Positions 24,292 through 33,501 are shown, counted from the stretch's first letter. The stretch is DNA of 64,000 nt from a bacterium (GCA_021786315.1 JAJYNN010000002.1:204402-268401); one strand, 5' to 3'. The notes: generated from the letters alone by a model not told the origin. Numbers and translations: made by a program.

Positions 24292-25500
24292 TCAACAGCT
24301 TTCTAACACTTTGAGGGTTTCTCTGGCAGCTTTTTCCCAGGAGAATTTCTTGATTTGGGAAAATCCCTTATTGGAAAGTTCTTTTCGCAGCTTCGGATCG
24401 CTTGTCAGTTTACTGATTCCTTTGCTAATTTCCTCTTCCTGGTAAGGGTTGACGATGATGGCGGCGTTTCCGGCCACTTCCGGACAGCTGGAAGTATTGG
24501 AAGTTAAGACCGGGCAGCCGCAAGCCATGGCTTCCAGGATTGGCAAGCCAAAACCTTCAAACAGGGATGGGTAAAGGAAAGCTAAAGCCCCGGAATACAA
24601 AGCCGGAAGTTCCTCATCTGGAACATATCCTAAAAATTTAACCTGTTTTTCAATGCCTAATTCTTGGGGTAGGGAGTAAATCTCATCTGCCAGCCAGCCT
24701 TTGGAACCAGCCAAAACAAGCTGGAGTTTCTTATAAGGTGACGCCTTGACGTACGTTAAGGCGTCACCTTGAAAACCGGTCGCCCCTTGCTTTATAAATT
24801 TGGCATATGCTTTAATTAACTGTTCCAGGTTTTTTCTGGGTTGGATAGTTCCTACAAACAGGAAATAATTTTGATCTTCTAAGTTATATTTCTTTAGCGT
24901 TTGTCCTAATTGACTGCCCCTTACCGGTTTAAAAAGTTTTTCATTGTAACCCTCGTAAACAACAGTAATTTTATCTGCCGGTATCCCTACCTTATTAATT
25001 AAATCTTCTCTGGTGGACTTGGAAACGGCAATGATATGGGTAGCAGACTTCAATTGCCGGTGAGTCATAAAGTTTAAGTAAAGCCTTTGTTTTAATTGAT
25101 GGGTTCGAGGTAAATATTCCGCTCCCAAATCGTGGACTGTGACCACAGTTTTTAGGCCGGGTTTACGGAAAAGGGGGAGCGTGTGGGCGGGGATGAAAAG
25201 GACATCCAGATCTTTCTCTAAAAATGTTCTTTTCGCCAAGCCATACTGGGTCCAGAGCCTGTGCAAAGGTATGAGATCAGCCTCAAAATTAGCGGCTTCC
25301 GCTATCCCGGACCCGATCCGGGATCTAAATTCCTGGATCCCTGCTTTCGCAGGGACGATCCCGGAAAACGGACTTAAATAAACTTTATATTGATTCCGGT
25401 GGTCAATTTTAGCCAGATGAGAGAGTATCTGGTAGGAATAATTCTCTGTCCCTGTCCTTTTGCCTATAAAAGATCGGGATGCATCGTAGCCAATGATCAT
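24292..25500 (-). CDS. GT4 family glycosyltransferase
   Basis: FVGTIQPRKN, PSLFEGFGLPILEAMACGCPV, FSWEKAARET. Confidence 0.93.
   Translation of the reverse strand: MIIGYDASRSFIGKRTGTENYSYQILSHLAKIDHRNQYKVYLSPFSGIVPAKAGIQEFRSRIGSGIAEAANFEADLIPLHRLWTQYGLAKRTFLEKDLDVLFIPAHTLPLFRKPGLKTVVTVHDLGAEYLPRTHQLKQRLYLNFMTHRQLKSATHIIAVSKSTREDLINKVGIPADKITVVYEGYNEKLFKPVRGSQLGQTLKKYNLEDQNYFLFVGTIQPRKNLEQLIKAYAKFIKQGATGFQGDALTYVKASPYKKLQLVLAGSKGWLADEIYSLPQELGIEKQVKFLGYVPDEELPALYSGALAFLYPSLFEGFGLPILEAMACGCPVLTSNTSSCPEVAGNAAIIVNPYQEEEISKGISKLTSDPKLRKELSNKGFSQIKKFSWEKAARETLKVLESC
24735..24770. repeat. Family A palindrome in frame in GT4 gene
   Basis: AAGGTGACGCCTTGACGTACGTTAAGGCGTCACCTT, identical to intergenic copy 59503-59538; encodes QGDALTYVKASPY. 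Confidence 0.9.
25301..25359. repeat. Family B double-hairpin REP/RPE-like element in frame in GT4 gene
   Basis: ATCCCGGAcccgaTCCGGGATct...ggatCCCTGCtttcGCAGGGac; encodes IVPAKAGIQEFRSRIGSGI. Confidence 0.75.
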
Positions 25501-25503
25501 AAT

Positions 25504-25613
25504 AATTTCTAATTTTTAATTTACAATTTTTAAATAATATCTAAATGATTAAATGTTTTAAAATCGGAACATTGATAATTTATTTAAAATTTAAAATTTA
25601 TAATTGAAAATTT
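25504..25613. repeat. Family C heptad array
   Basis: aatttctaatttttaatttacaattttt...aaaattttaaaatttataattgaaaatt. Confidence 0.65.
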
Positions 25614-26632
25614 TATCTCTTGCTTACGCTCCTTTTATACAAGTCCAGGTTTTCCAGGGCCATGCCTGTTCCATAGGCCACGCACATCAAGGGGTTCTCG
25701 GCAACATGGCAGGGAACACCGGTGGCCTCGGTCATGAGTTTATCCAGGTTGTTCAGTTGGGAGGTGCCTCCGGAAAAAACAATACCTTTATCGATAATAT
25801 CTGAAGCTAGCTCCGGGGGAGTCTGTTCGAGAACGTTTTTGACCGCAGCCACAATTTTTTGCACTGTTGGTTCAATCATCTCATGGACTTCAGCGGTGGT
25901 AAGCTCAATAGTCCGGGGAAGTCCGGTGATGGCGTCCCGGCCCCGGACAGGCAGGGTTTTATTCTCGCTGGATTTAGGGTTAGTTGCTGAAGCGATCCTG
26001 ATCTTAACCTCTTCGGCCTGGTTTTCCCCGATTATCAGTCCGTATTTCTTTCTGACAGCAGTCTGGATAGCCTCGTCAACCTTATTGCCGCCAACTCTGG
26101 CTGAGTTGTGGACGACCACACCTCCCAGACAGATCACCGCCGCCTCGGTGGTGCCCCCGCCGATATCCACGATCATGTTTCCGGAAGGGTTGGCAATTGG
26201 AATCCGGGCGCCGATGGCTGCAGCCAATGGTTCATCAATCAGATAGGCGGTTTTGGCGCCGGCAGAGAGGGTAGCGTCAAGCACGGCCCGGCGTTCCACC
26301 GAGGTCACTCCGGCAGGGACACAAATCATCACCTCCGGCTTAAAAAGGTGGGAGTGGCCGCAAACCTTATCGATAAAATAACGGAGCATGGCTTCAGTGA
26401 TGACGTAATCGGCGATAACCCCTTCGCGGAGCGGCCGGGAGGCGGTGATATTACCCGGAGTGCGTCCCAGCATCTCTTTAGCTTCGTTTCCGACAGCCAA
26501 TACCCGGTTATCATCAGTGGAAACAGCCACCACAGTCGGCTCATTTAAGACAATTCCTTCGCCGCCCAAATAAACCAGGGAGTTGGCAGTGCCTAAGTCA
26601 ATGCCGATGCGTTTGCCTAAATTAAACATCAT
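25613..26632 (-). CDS. mreB: Rod shape-determining actin MreB (paralog 1)
   Basis: IGIDLGTAN, RPLREGVIAD, VDIGGGTTE, LEQTPPELASDI. Confidence 0.93.
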   Translation of the reverse strand: MMFNLGKRIGIDLGTANSLVYLGGEGIVLNEPTVVAVSTDDNRVLAVGNEAKEMLGRTPGNITASRPLREGVIADYVITEAMLRYFIDKVCGHSHLFKPEVMICVPAGVTSVERRAVLDATLSAGAKTAYLIDEPLAAAIGARIPIANPSGNMIVDIGGGTTEAAVICLGGVVVHNSARVGGNKVDEAIQTAVRKKYGLIIGENQAEEVKIRIASATNPKSSENKTLPVRGRDAITGLPRTIELTTAEVHEMIEPTVQKIVAAVKNVLEQTPPELASDIIDKGIVFSGGTSQLNNLDKLMTEATGVPCHVAENPLMCVAYGTGMALENLDLYKRSVSKR

Positions 26633-26741
26633 CTAAATTTTACTTCCGGGTTAACCCGATCACAAGACCTATTAAATATATAGAAATAGAACAAGAAGTA
26701 AAAGTTGAGAGTTATAAGCAGAGCTTGCGGCTGTTGGCCTA

Positions 26742-26777
26742 AAGGTGACGCCTTGCCTTACGACAAGGCGTCACCTT
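26742..26777. repeat. Family A palindrome
   Basis: AAGGTGACGCCTTG-ccttacga-CAAGGCGTCACCTT. Confidence 0.9.
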
Positions 26778-26803
26778 GAGAAAAACATGGTACACTATGA
26801 GAA

Positions 26804-27550
26804 ATGGAAGCTACATTAAGATCTGTAAACATTTTTGGAGTCCGGGTAGACAAAGTGAATATGGAGGAATCTGTGGGTATAGTGGAAGGTTGGTTAGAAG
26901 GAAAAGAAAAACACTATATTGTAACCCCGAATCCCGAATTTATAATGGCTGCACAAAAGGACGAGGAGTTTAAAAAGGTTCTAAATAATGCCGACTTAGC
27001 AGTTCCTGACGGAGTGGGGTTAAAACTGGCAAGTGATATAGAAAGCAATACTCCCGGAGTTTATCTTTTGGAGGGGCTTTGTAGGGAGGTTTCAAAAAAG
27101 GGCTTTACAGTAGGCTTTTTGGGTGGCAGGAATGGGGTAGCAAAGAAAGCCGCCGAGTGCTTACAGAAAAAGTATCCCGGACTAAAAGTGAGTATTGCCG
27201 ATGATGGCGGGAATATTGATTCCGACGGTGAATCGCTCGGGGTCTTGCCACCTAGCGATTTTCCAAAAACCGACATACTATTTGTCGCGTATGGCCAAAT
27301 TAAGCAGGAAAAATGGATTTATAGGAATTTGGAAAAGATTCCGGTTAAAGTAGCCATGGGAGTTGGGGGATCATTTGATGAGATTTCCGGTCGGGTGTTG
27401 CGGGTTCCCCGTTGGGTGCACAACTTGGGCTTAAAATGGTTGGTCAGGCTCATCCTTCAGCCTTGGAGAATCAAAAGACAGCTAGCGCTTATTAAATTTA
27501 TATGGATGGTGATAAGCGCTAAATTTTCAATGATCAATAACCAATTTTAA
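26804..27550 (+). CDS. WecB/TagA/CpsF family glycosyltransferase
   Basis: IVTPNPE, ADLAVPDGVG, KQEKWI, MGVGGSFD, WLVRLILQPWR. Confidence 0.93.
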   Translation: MEATLRSVNIFGVRVDKVNMEESVGIVEGWLEGKEKHYIVTPNPEFIMAAQKDEEFKKVLNNADLAVPDGVGLKLASDIESNTPGVYLLEGLCREVSKKGFTVGFLGGRNGVAKKAAECLQKKYPGLKVSIADDGGNIDSDGESLGVLPPSDFPKTDILFVAYGQIKQEKWIYRNLEKIPVKVAMGVGGSFDEISGRVLRVPRWVHNLGLKWLVRLILQPWRIKRQLALIKFIWMVISAKFSMINNQF

Positions 27551-27640
27551 AATAAACCTCAATGATTAATGTTCAAAATTTAAACATTCAGAAATTAGAA
27601 ATTCATTGAGACTTGAAAATTGTAAATTGAAAATTTAATT
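27520..27640. repeat. Family C heptad array overlapping the WecB gene 3' end
   Basis: aaattttcaatgatcaataaccaatttt...gaaaattgtaaattgaaaatt. Confidence 0.65.
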
Positions 27641-27658
27641 TGTGCTACACTGGAAAAG

Positions 27659-28588
27659 ATGAATGTTTACGTTGGTGTTGATTGCGGAGCCACCAATCTC
27701 CGTGTAGGCGTGGCTGACGAAAGCGGAAGGGTTATTGCCTCCTCAAAAGTCCCATCTCCTTTAAGATCCCATCCGTTAAAGTTTGCCGAAAAGATAAAAG
27801 AGCAGGTTGATTTACTTCTGGAGGGTAAAGAGCATCGGGTTTTGGCTATTGGAGTAGGTATGCCCGGACCCATTGATCTTAAGAAAGGTGTGATCCTGCC
27901 CTCCGCAAACTTAGGGAACCTGGAACCGATTGATTTAACCCGCCAATTTGAAACGGTATTCGGTGTTCCGGCATATTTTGATAGAGATACCAACCTGGCT
28001 TTAATTGGCGAAGTTTGGCGGGGGGCGGCAGTAAATAAAAAAGAAGTGGTGATGTTGACTTTAGGGTCCGGAGTTGGTGGAGCAGTGATGGTGGATGGCA
28101 AGATTGATCGCGGAGCAACCGGTAAAGGTGGGGAGATGGGTCATATAATTTTATGGATGGAAGTTCCCCCAAAACAAGAATTAATCAAGCGTCACTTTTG
28201 TGTAGGAGGCAAGGATTGGGATCCGGCAACTATGGTTCTGACCCATCCTCAGGTATCTTTGAAGAAAGGCCAGATCACTTTCCATTGCGGGTTGGGACAC
28301 GAAAATTGTCTGGAAGCCTTAATTAATTCCGCTAAAAGTGTGGATGAGTTGGGTACCTATCTTGGGTATGGGATAGCCAATCTGGTTGATATTTTTAATC
28401 CTCAGGCAGTGATTATTGGTGGAGGTAAGTTGAATATCGGTGACTTCCTGCCTCAGGCGGTTTGTGTGATGAAGGAAGTAGGGATGAAGCCGGCAGTTGA
28501 CGAGGTGGAAGTCTCTTATGCTAAGCTAAAGGAACTAAGCGGTGTTTACGGCGGAATCAAAATCGCAATAGAAGGCACGTATGATTGA
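27659..28588 (+). CDS. ROK family sugar kinase
   Basis: GVDCGAT, IGVGMPGP, DTNLALIGE, TLGSGVGG, GEMGH, CGLGHENCLE. Confidence 0.9.
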   Translation: MNVYVGVDCGATNLRVGVADESGRVIASSKVPSPLRSHPLKFAEKIKEQVDLLLEGKEHRVLAIGVGMPGPIDLKKGVILPSANLGNLEPIDLTRQFETVFGVPAYFDRDTNLALIGEVWRGAAVNKKEVVMLTLGSGVGGAVMVDGKIDRGATGKGGEMGHIILWMEVPPKQELIKRHFCVGGKDWDPATMVLTHPQVSLKKGQITFHCGLGHENCLEALINSAKSVDELGTYLGYGIANLVDIFNPQAVIIGGGKLNIGDFLPQAVCVMKEVGMKPAVDEVEVSYAKLKELSGVYGGIKIAIEGTYD

Positions 28589-29099
28589 GACAAGAACCAG
28601 ACAGGATTTAAAAGATGTCTTGATGGATCCTAAAGCCCCCGGGGTTAAAGACCCCTATTTTGTGATTCGCGGTGAAGCCGGACAAAATATTACAGTCCTT
28701 ACTCCTGGTCTGAACGGAAATGAATTCAATAAAACCTACGGCCATTTCCACAACTATCAGGGTGTGGAGATTTACCATGTTGTTTATGGCCAGGGAGTTT
28801 TGTTGATGCAAAGAAATGACGAGATGGGAGAGGCCAAAGAGGTCAAAGTGGTAAGTTTACGGCCGGGGATGACTGTGGAGATCCCTTCCGGGTATGGCCA
28901 CGCTCTAATTAATGTGGGGAAAACTTATTTGGTGGTCATTGATAACTCACCAACGGGTAAAAATGTCCATAACTTTGAACCGGTAAAAGAAAAACAAGGC
29001 TTTGCCTATTATGTGGTGGACAAGCGGGGGGAGGTAGGTTTTGAGCCTAATCCCAATTACCGGATGCATCCCCAAATCACTACTGAATCTGAGGGTTGA
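28581..29099 (+). CDS. Cupin-type (archaeal-like) glucose-6-phosphate isomerase
   Basis: EFNKTYGHFH, EIYHVVYGQG, IPSGYGHALIN, GFAYYV, PNPNY. Confidence 0.85.
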   Translation: MIETRTRQDLKDVLMDPKAPGVKDPYFVIRGEAGQNITVLTPGLNGNEFNKTYGHFHNYQGVEIYHVVYGQGVLLMQRNDEMGEAKEVKVVSLRPGMTVEIPSGYGHALINVGKTYLVVIDNSPTGKNVHNFEPVKEKQGFAYYVVDKRGEVGFEPNPNYRMHPQITTESEG

Positions 29100-29190
29100 T
29101 TTAACGTTTTTGGCTCTGCAAATACCCTAATCTACCTGCACTAGCAAAACTTCCACCTAATTGCCAATTTTCTGTCTTTTGTTCTTAAAG

Positions 29191-29430
29191 AAGGTGACCT
29201 CCTTGACGTTAGGCAAGGGGTCACCTTAAGAATTGAAAAGCTAATGTTTTTTTGCAACTTTGGTGGCAAAGTTGCGCAAAGCCACTTGCAGTGAAAGTCG
29301 ACCTAAAACCTTCATCAGTTGTCTAGCGGGAACTTTACCCTTCGGAAATTCGGCTACTTCGTAGCGTCAGTTTCCGCTTTCCCTGCTGCCAACTGACTTG
29401 GTTTTTTAACGGTCTTTGTTTCAATGCAAG
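29191..29430 (+). repeat. Structured element copy 3 (diverged, compensatory changes)
   Basis: Family A palindrome + aattgaaaagctaa + GCAACTTT/AAAGTTGC hairpin + CCTAAA...TTAACGG long stem. Confidence 0.8.
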
Positions 29431-29467
29431 GGAAGATGAAACGGATAAACAATTGGAAGAAAATATC

Positions 29468-29683
29468 TTAAGCGGCAGATGCTGATTTTTGAGTGATACC
29501 GAGTAACCAGAGGACAGCTTCCTTCTTGTAACGGCGGTCACCCCTAGAGTTAATTCTAATTGCCGGTAATTTTCCCCTTTTGCCCCATCTTTTAATGGTT
29601 AGGGGAGAGACACGCAAAACTTCAGCAACTTCTTTGACAGTTAATAAATCAGGAAGATTTTCGAGTGATACTTTGTCCGCCAT
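29468..29683 (-). CDS. Small BldC/excisionase-like helix-turn-helix DNA-binding protein
   Basis: LLTVKEVAEVLRVSPLTIKRWGKRGKLPAIRINSRGDRRY. Confidence 0.9.
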   Translation of the reverse strand: MADKVSLENLPDLLTVKEVAEVLRVSPLTIKRWGKRGKLPAIRINSRGDRRYKKEAVLWLLGITQKSASAA

Positions 29684-29735
29684 ACTGAATCTTTTCTGTA
29701 ACTTTTTAGATGACCAAACATATCAAAGTCATCGC

Positions 29736-29787
29736 AAAAGTGACACTAGCTGTCACTTTTATATCACAACTCGTCAGATAGTGTCAA
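29736..29787 (-). promoter_or_regulatory. Promoter of HTH gene with overlapping perfect inverted repeat (candidate operator)
   Basis: Minus TTGACA-18-TATAAA; AAAAGTGACA-ctagc-TGTCACTTTT at 29736-29760. Confidence 0.65.
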
Positions 29788-29798
29788 TACTTTAACAC

Positions 29799-29828
29799 AA
29801 AAAAGACCCCGTTTCCGGGGTCCTTTTT
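29799..29828 (-). terminator. Intrinsic terminator of rplJ-rplL
   Basis: Minus GACCCCG-GAAA-CGGGGTC-TTTTTT. Confidence 0.85.
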
Positions 29829-29850
29829 GAAAAACCGTAGCTTTTTGAAC

Positions 29851-30405
29851 TTACTGTAATTCTACAGTGGCTCCAGCGGCGGTTAATTTAGCTTTAGCTT
29901 CTTCAGCTGTAGCTTTATTGACACCCTCCAAAACTGGTTTTGGAGCAGCTTCGACTAAGTCTTTAGCTTCTTTCAAACCAAGAGTGGGGACGAGTTCCCG
30001 AACAGCTTTAATAGCACCAATTTTGTTGGCACCAGCATTAGCGAGAACTACGTTAAAGGTTGTCTTTTCTTCGGCGGGTTCACCAGCGGCTGCGGGAGCA
30101 GCTCCGGCTGCGGCAACTGCTACAGGAGCAGCAGCTGTGACGCCAAACCTGTCTTCCAAAGCCTTAACCAGCTCAGCGAGCTCGAGCACTGAAAGTGTTT
30201 CGATAGACTCGATGATCTTTTCTAAGGAAGCAGAAACTGGTTTCGCGGCTTTCTTTGGCTCTTCAGCGGGAGCTTCCTCTTTGGGAGCTTCAGCCTCAGG
30301 AGCAGTTTGTTCCTCAACAGGAGCAGCTTGCTCTTCAACTTGAGTTTCCTCAGCTGGAGTTTCAACTTGCTCTTCTGCTTGTACATTTTGATCTTCGTCT
30401 GCCAT
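29851..30405 (-). CDS. rplL: 50S ribosomal protein L7/L12 with acidic N-terminal extension
   Basis: [40 protein letters not shown]. Confidence 0.96.
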   Translation of the reverse strand: MADEDQNVQAEEQVETPAEETQVEEQAAPVEEQTAPEAEAPKEEAPAEEPKKAAKPVSASLEKIIESIETLSVLELAELVKALEDRFGVTAAAPVAVAAAGAAPAAAGEPAEEKTTFNVVLANAGANKIGAIKAVRELVPTLGLKEAKDLVEAAPKPVLEGVNKATAEEAKAKLTAAGATVELQ

Positions 30406-30413
30406 ATTGCTTT

Positions 30414-30474
30414 GTCATTCCGGACTTGATCCGAAATCTAATTTATTTAGACCCCTGATCAAGTCAGGGATGAC
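30414..30474. repeat. Family B double-hairpin REP-like element between rplJ and rplL
   Basis: GTCATTCCGGActtgaTCCGAAATct...agacCCCTGAtcaagTCAGGGATGAC. Confidence 0.8.
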
Positions 30475-30479
30475 GTACT

Positions 30480-31010
30480 TTATTCACCCCCTTTCTGTAT
30501 TCTAATTTGATCTAAAGCATAAACTAAGTTTCTTAAATTGCCCTGCAAAACATTGAGCATTCCAGTCAAAGGTGCGGCCAATGTGCCCACAACCTGAGCC
30601 CGGAGTTCTTGTTTGCCAGGTAGAGTAGAAAGCCTGGTGATAGCGGCGCTGTCCAAAAATTGGCCATCCAAAATACCACCTTTGATCTTACCAACCTGGT
30701 TATCCTTTAAGGCTTTGACTAAAAGTTTGATCGGGGAGATCTCGTCTTCATAGCTGAATAAGGTAGCAATTGGCCCTTTTTGGGTTTCTTCAGGGAGAGT
30801 AGGGAGGTCAGCATTCTTTAAACCTAAATTCAAAAGGGTGTTTTTGGTAACGGTAAACTCAGCCTGGGCCTCATCCAGCTTCTTTCTTAAATCAGAAAGC
30901 TGGGCCATGGTCATGCCCTGATAATCAGTAAAAACCACAGACCTGGATCTGCTTAGCTTATCACCGTAATTTGTAACTGTTTGCTCTTTTTGAGCCCGAT
31001 TTTTAGCCAT
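30480..31010 (-). CDS. rplJ: 50S ribosomal protein L10
   Basis: DYQGMTMAQLSDLRK, VTKNTL, LSTLPGKQELRAQVVG. Confidence 0.95.
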   Translation of the reverse strand: MAKNRAQKEQTVTNYGDKLSRSRSVVFTDYQGMTMAQLSDLRKKLDEAQAEFTVTKNTLLNLGLKNADLPTLPEETQKGPIATLFSYEDEISPIKLLVKALKDNQVGKIKGGILDGQFLDSAAITRLSTLPGKQELRAQVVGTLAAPLTGMLNVLQGNLRNLVYALDQIRIQKGGE

Positions 31011-31016
31011 AAAAAA

Positions 31017-31125
31017 ATCCTCGCTTCGAGGATTTTGAATTATGAATTAGGAATAATGAATTAAGAATTAAATTCTCAATTCTGAATTCTACATTCTGAA
31101 TTCGTAATGCCTCGGTGAGACTTGC
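31017..31125 (-). promoter_or_regulatory. Possible L10 autoregulatory leader with a family C array in its loop
   Basis: Minus CTCACCGAGG...CCTCGAAGCGAG stems flank a heptad array, immediately before the rplJ ATG. Confidence 0.4.
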
Positions 31126-31192
31126 TTGTGTGCTCACTTTCTTAAGCTTCTGTATTGTACCTAATGTTTTATTAAAAATCAATGGATATGCT

Positions 31193-32176
31193 TTAGAGTG
31201 CGGGGACCCACATCCAATAACCGCCGGAGCGGTTAGAGAAGCCGTTAGGCGAGTCATAGCCCCCACTTTGTTTAGCACTGGAGGTTGATATACCTTCAAT
31301 ATTGCCCTGGGGGCCTCCTCCGGAGCCTGGGGTGGGGGTGGCGGAAGCAGAAGCGGTAGGAGTTGGGGAGTACCAAACGCCGGAATCCCCGGTCTTGCCA
31401 AAGTTTTTGGTGACGTAGGCTAAATCCAGGTTGTTTATCACTCCGTCATTGTTAAAATCTGCCCTTGGGTTCCAGTTGGATGAGGAGGAAGTTGCCCCGT
31501 AAAGGCTTTTGGCAACGGTGTAGTCGGCGGAGTTGATGGTGTTATCTTCGTTTAAGTCCCCAGAGAGCAGGTTTAAAGCCTGGCCTTGGTTTAAATTAGT
31601 TTCAGTGGCTCCCATAGAAAAGGTGGAGGCAGAATCAACTTGTCCCGGTCCCTTGATATAGGCAGTGTAGGTTGATCCGGGGTTGAGCCCGGCCAGGCTC
31701 AGACCGGAAAACGCCCCGGAGTCCGGAACGTCAACGGTAAAAGTTAAGATAAAGGTAGGTTTGGTGGTGACGTTGCCGGAAGCGATCCCGACAAAGACCT
31801 TCGCGGCATTTTTACCTTCCGGCCGGCCTTCCAAAGTGACCTTGAAATTAAGCGTGGGGCCGAAAGCCAGGTTTACGGCAGGTGTTGGGGTAGGCTCAGC
31901 AGTCCCCGGAGCGGTGGAGGATGACCCGGGAGCATCTTCCAGCATCTTTTTTAAGTCGGAAAGTGGGGAATCGGCGGGGACTTCCTGGGTGGCGGTAGCG
32001 GACTTTGTGGCGACTTTGGTAATGTGTTGGTTAATTGTAGCGGGGACTTTCTCGTTGGAAGCCTGAGATTGAAAAATCTGGGAATTTTTCAGCAGGGAGA
32101 ACGATAAAGGAATGCTTATTAAGATGAGTAAAAAGCCCGCAATGATGAGAATTTGCTTAAAACTAAGGTTGGACAT
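31193..32176 (-). CDS. Membrane-anchored protein with dockerin-like/EF-hand domain
   Basis: TM; GDLNEDNTINSADY...ADFNNDGVINNLDL. Confidence 0.85.
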   Translation of the reverse strand: MSNLSFKQILIIAGFLLILISIPLSFSLLKNSQIFQSQASNEKVPATINQHITKVATKSATATQEVPADSPLSDLKKMLEDAPGSSSTAPGTAEPTPTPAVNLAFGPTLNFKVTLEGRPEGKNAAKVFVGIASGNVTTKPTFILTFTVDVPDSGAFSGLSLAGLNPGSTYTAYIKGPGQVDSASTFSMGATETNLNQGQALNLLSGDLNEDNTINSADYTVAKSLYGATSSSSNWNPRADFNNDGVINNLDLAYVTKNFGKTGDSGVWYSPTPTASASATPTPGSGGGPQGNIEGISTSSAKQSGGYDSPNGFSNRSGGYWMWVPAL

Positions 32177-32203
32177 GATCTCAGATTATCATATAATGAA
32201 TTG

Positions 32204-33202
32204 ATGTTAAACCGGAAGGTGTTAATTCGGATTCTTTTAAACTCCCTTTTGGGGGTTATTTTAATCTTTGTTTGGAGCCGGTTTGTTAACTTAAATGAGC
32301 TTATAAAGGTTTTAAAGACGGTAGACGCCCGGTTTGCCGTAGTCTTTTTCTTTCTGTTTATCATCTCGGGGGTTTTGAGAAGTCTAAGGCTTAAACTTCT
32401 TTTAAAACACTATAAATTTTCCCTGAAAGATTTAATTATGCTTAACTATTTGAGCCAGTTCTTGTCTTTTTTAATCCCGGTTCGGGCAGGGGAGATTGCC
32501 AAAAGTGTTTACCTTTCCACCCAGATGGAAACTTCCTTATCCAAAACCGTAGTCTGGGTGTTTATTGACCGCTTCCTTGATTTTTGGATTGCGGTAGTTT
32601 TTATTGGCGCCTTGTTACCGTTTATTAAAACCAATCTGCCGGGGGGATTTATCAATATCGTTATTTTGGCGCTGGTCATATTTACCTTGGCCTTTTTTGT
32701 TGCCCTAAAAAGTGAGGATTTAATTAAGAAAATCGCTAATTTTTTGAGTAATTTCTTGGTTGTAAGTAATATTAAGAAATGGTTTGTTACATTTACGCAC
32801 AATATTGCGGAAGGGTTTGAGGTCCTCCGCCGGCCGCCTTTGGGGCTGGCAGCTTTGATTGGTCTTACTGTCCTGGCAACACTTTCTGATTCCATGGTTT
32901 GGATAATTGCTTTTCGGGCGTTTGATTTTAAATTGGATGTTTTAAGAAGTGTTTGGGCGGACGCCTTAACTGCCTTAACCTTTTTAATCCCATCAGCGCC
33001 GGGATATGTCGGGTCGGCGGAGGCAGCGGGGGCAGCTGTATTTACCGGGATTTTAGGTTTGCCGATCAATATAGTTTCCGCAGCTTTGGTCTTCTTCCAT
33101 ATCTTAACATTGCTGACAATCTTGATTCTGGGAATTACCTCGTTGTACCTATTAAAGTTTGATTTAGGTATAGTTTGGAAAAAACTCCGCAGTAAAGACT
33201 AA
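32204..33202 (+). CDS. UPF0104 / lysylphosphatidylglycerol-synthase-TM flippase-like membrane protein
   Basis: IPVRAGEIAK, DRFLDF, IPSAPGYVGSAEA; multi-TM. Confidence 0.85.
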   Translation: MLNRKVLIRILLNSLLGVILIFVWSRFVNLNELIKVLKTVDARFAVVFFFLFIISGVLRSLRLKLLLKHYKFSLKDLIMLNYLSQFLSFLIPVRAGEIAKSVYLSTQMETSLSKTVVWVFIDRFLDFWIAVVFIGALLPFIKTNLPGGFINIVILALVIFTLAFFVALKSEDLIKKIANFLSNFLVVSNIKKWFVTFTHNIAEGFEVLRRPPLGLAALIGLTVLATLSDSMVWIIAFRAFDFKLDVLRSVWADALTALTFLIPSAPGYVGSAEAAGAAVFTGILGLPINIVSAALVFFHILTLLTILILGITSLYLLKFDLGIVWKKLRSKD

Positions 33203-33205
33203 AAA

Positions 33206-33438
33206 AAGGTGACTGCCTCGCCGGATGGCAGGCGTCACCTTAAGAACTGGAAAGCTAAGGTTATGTTCACGCTTTTGGCCGCAAAAGCGTGGGAAAACTC
33301 TGCTCGCAGAAAGTCGCCCTAAACCTCGTCATTTTCTAGTCGGGGGCTCACCCCCTCGGAAATTCACTGGTTGAGAGTTCAGTTTCCGGTTCCCCCTGAC
33401 AGAAAACTCCTCGGTTTTTAACGGGCTTGCGTTCCAGT
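33206..33438 (+). repeat. Structured element copy 4
   Basis: Family A variant + aactggaaagctaa + CACGCTTTT/AAAAGCGTG + CCTAAA...GTCGGGGG...CCCCCTGAC...TTAACGGGCTTGCGTTCCAGT. Confidence 0.8.
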
Positions 33439-33501
33439 CAAAGAAAAATAGTATTTGGTTTCAAAGCGAGCAAAATAGAATTAAAAGGAGTATTAGAAAA
33501 A

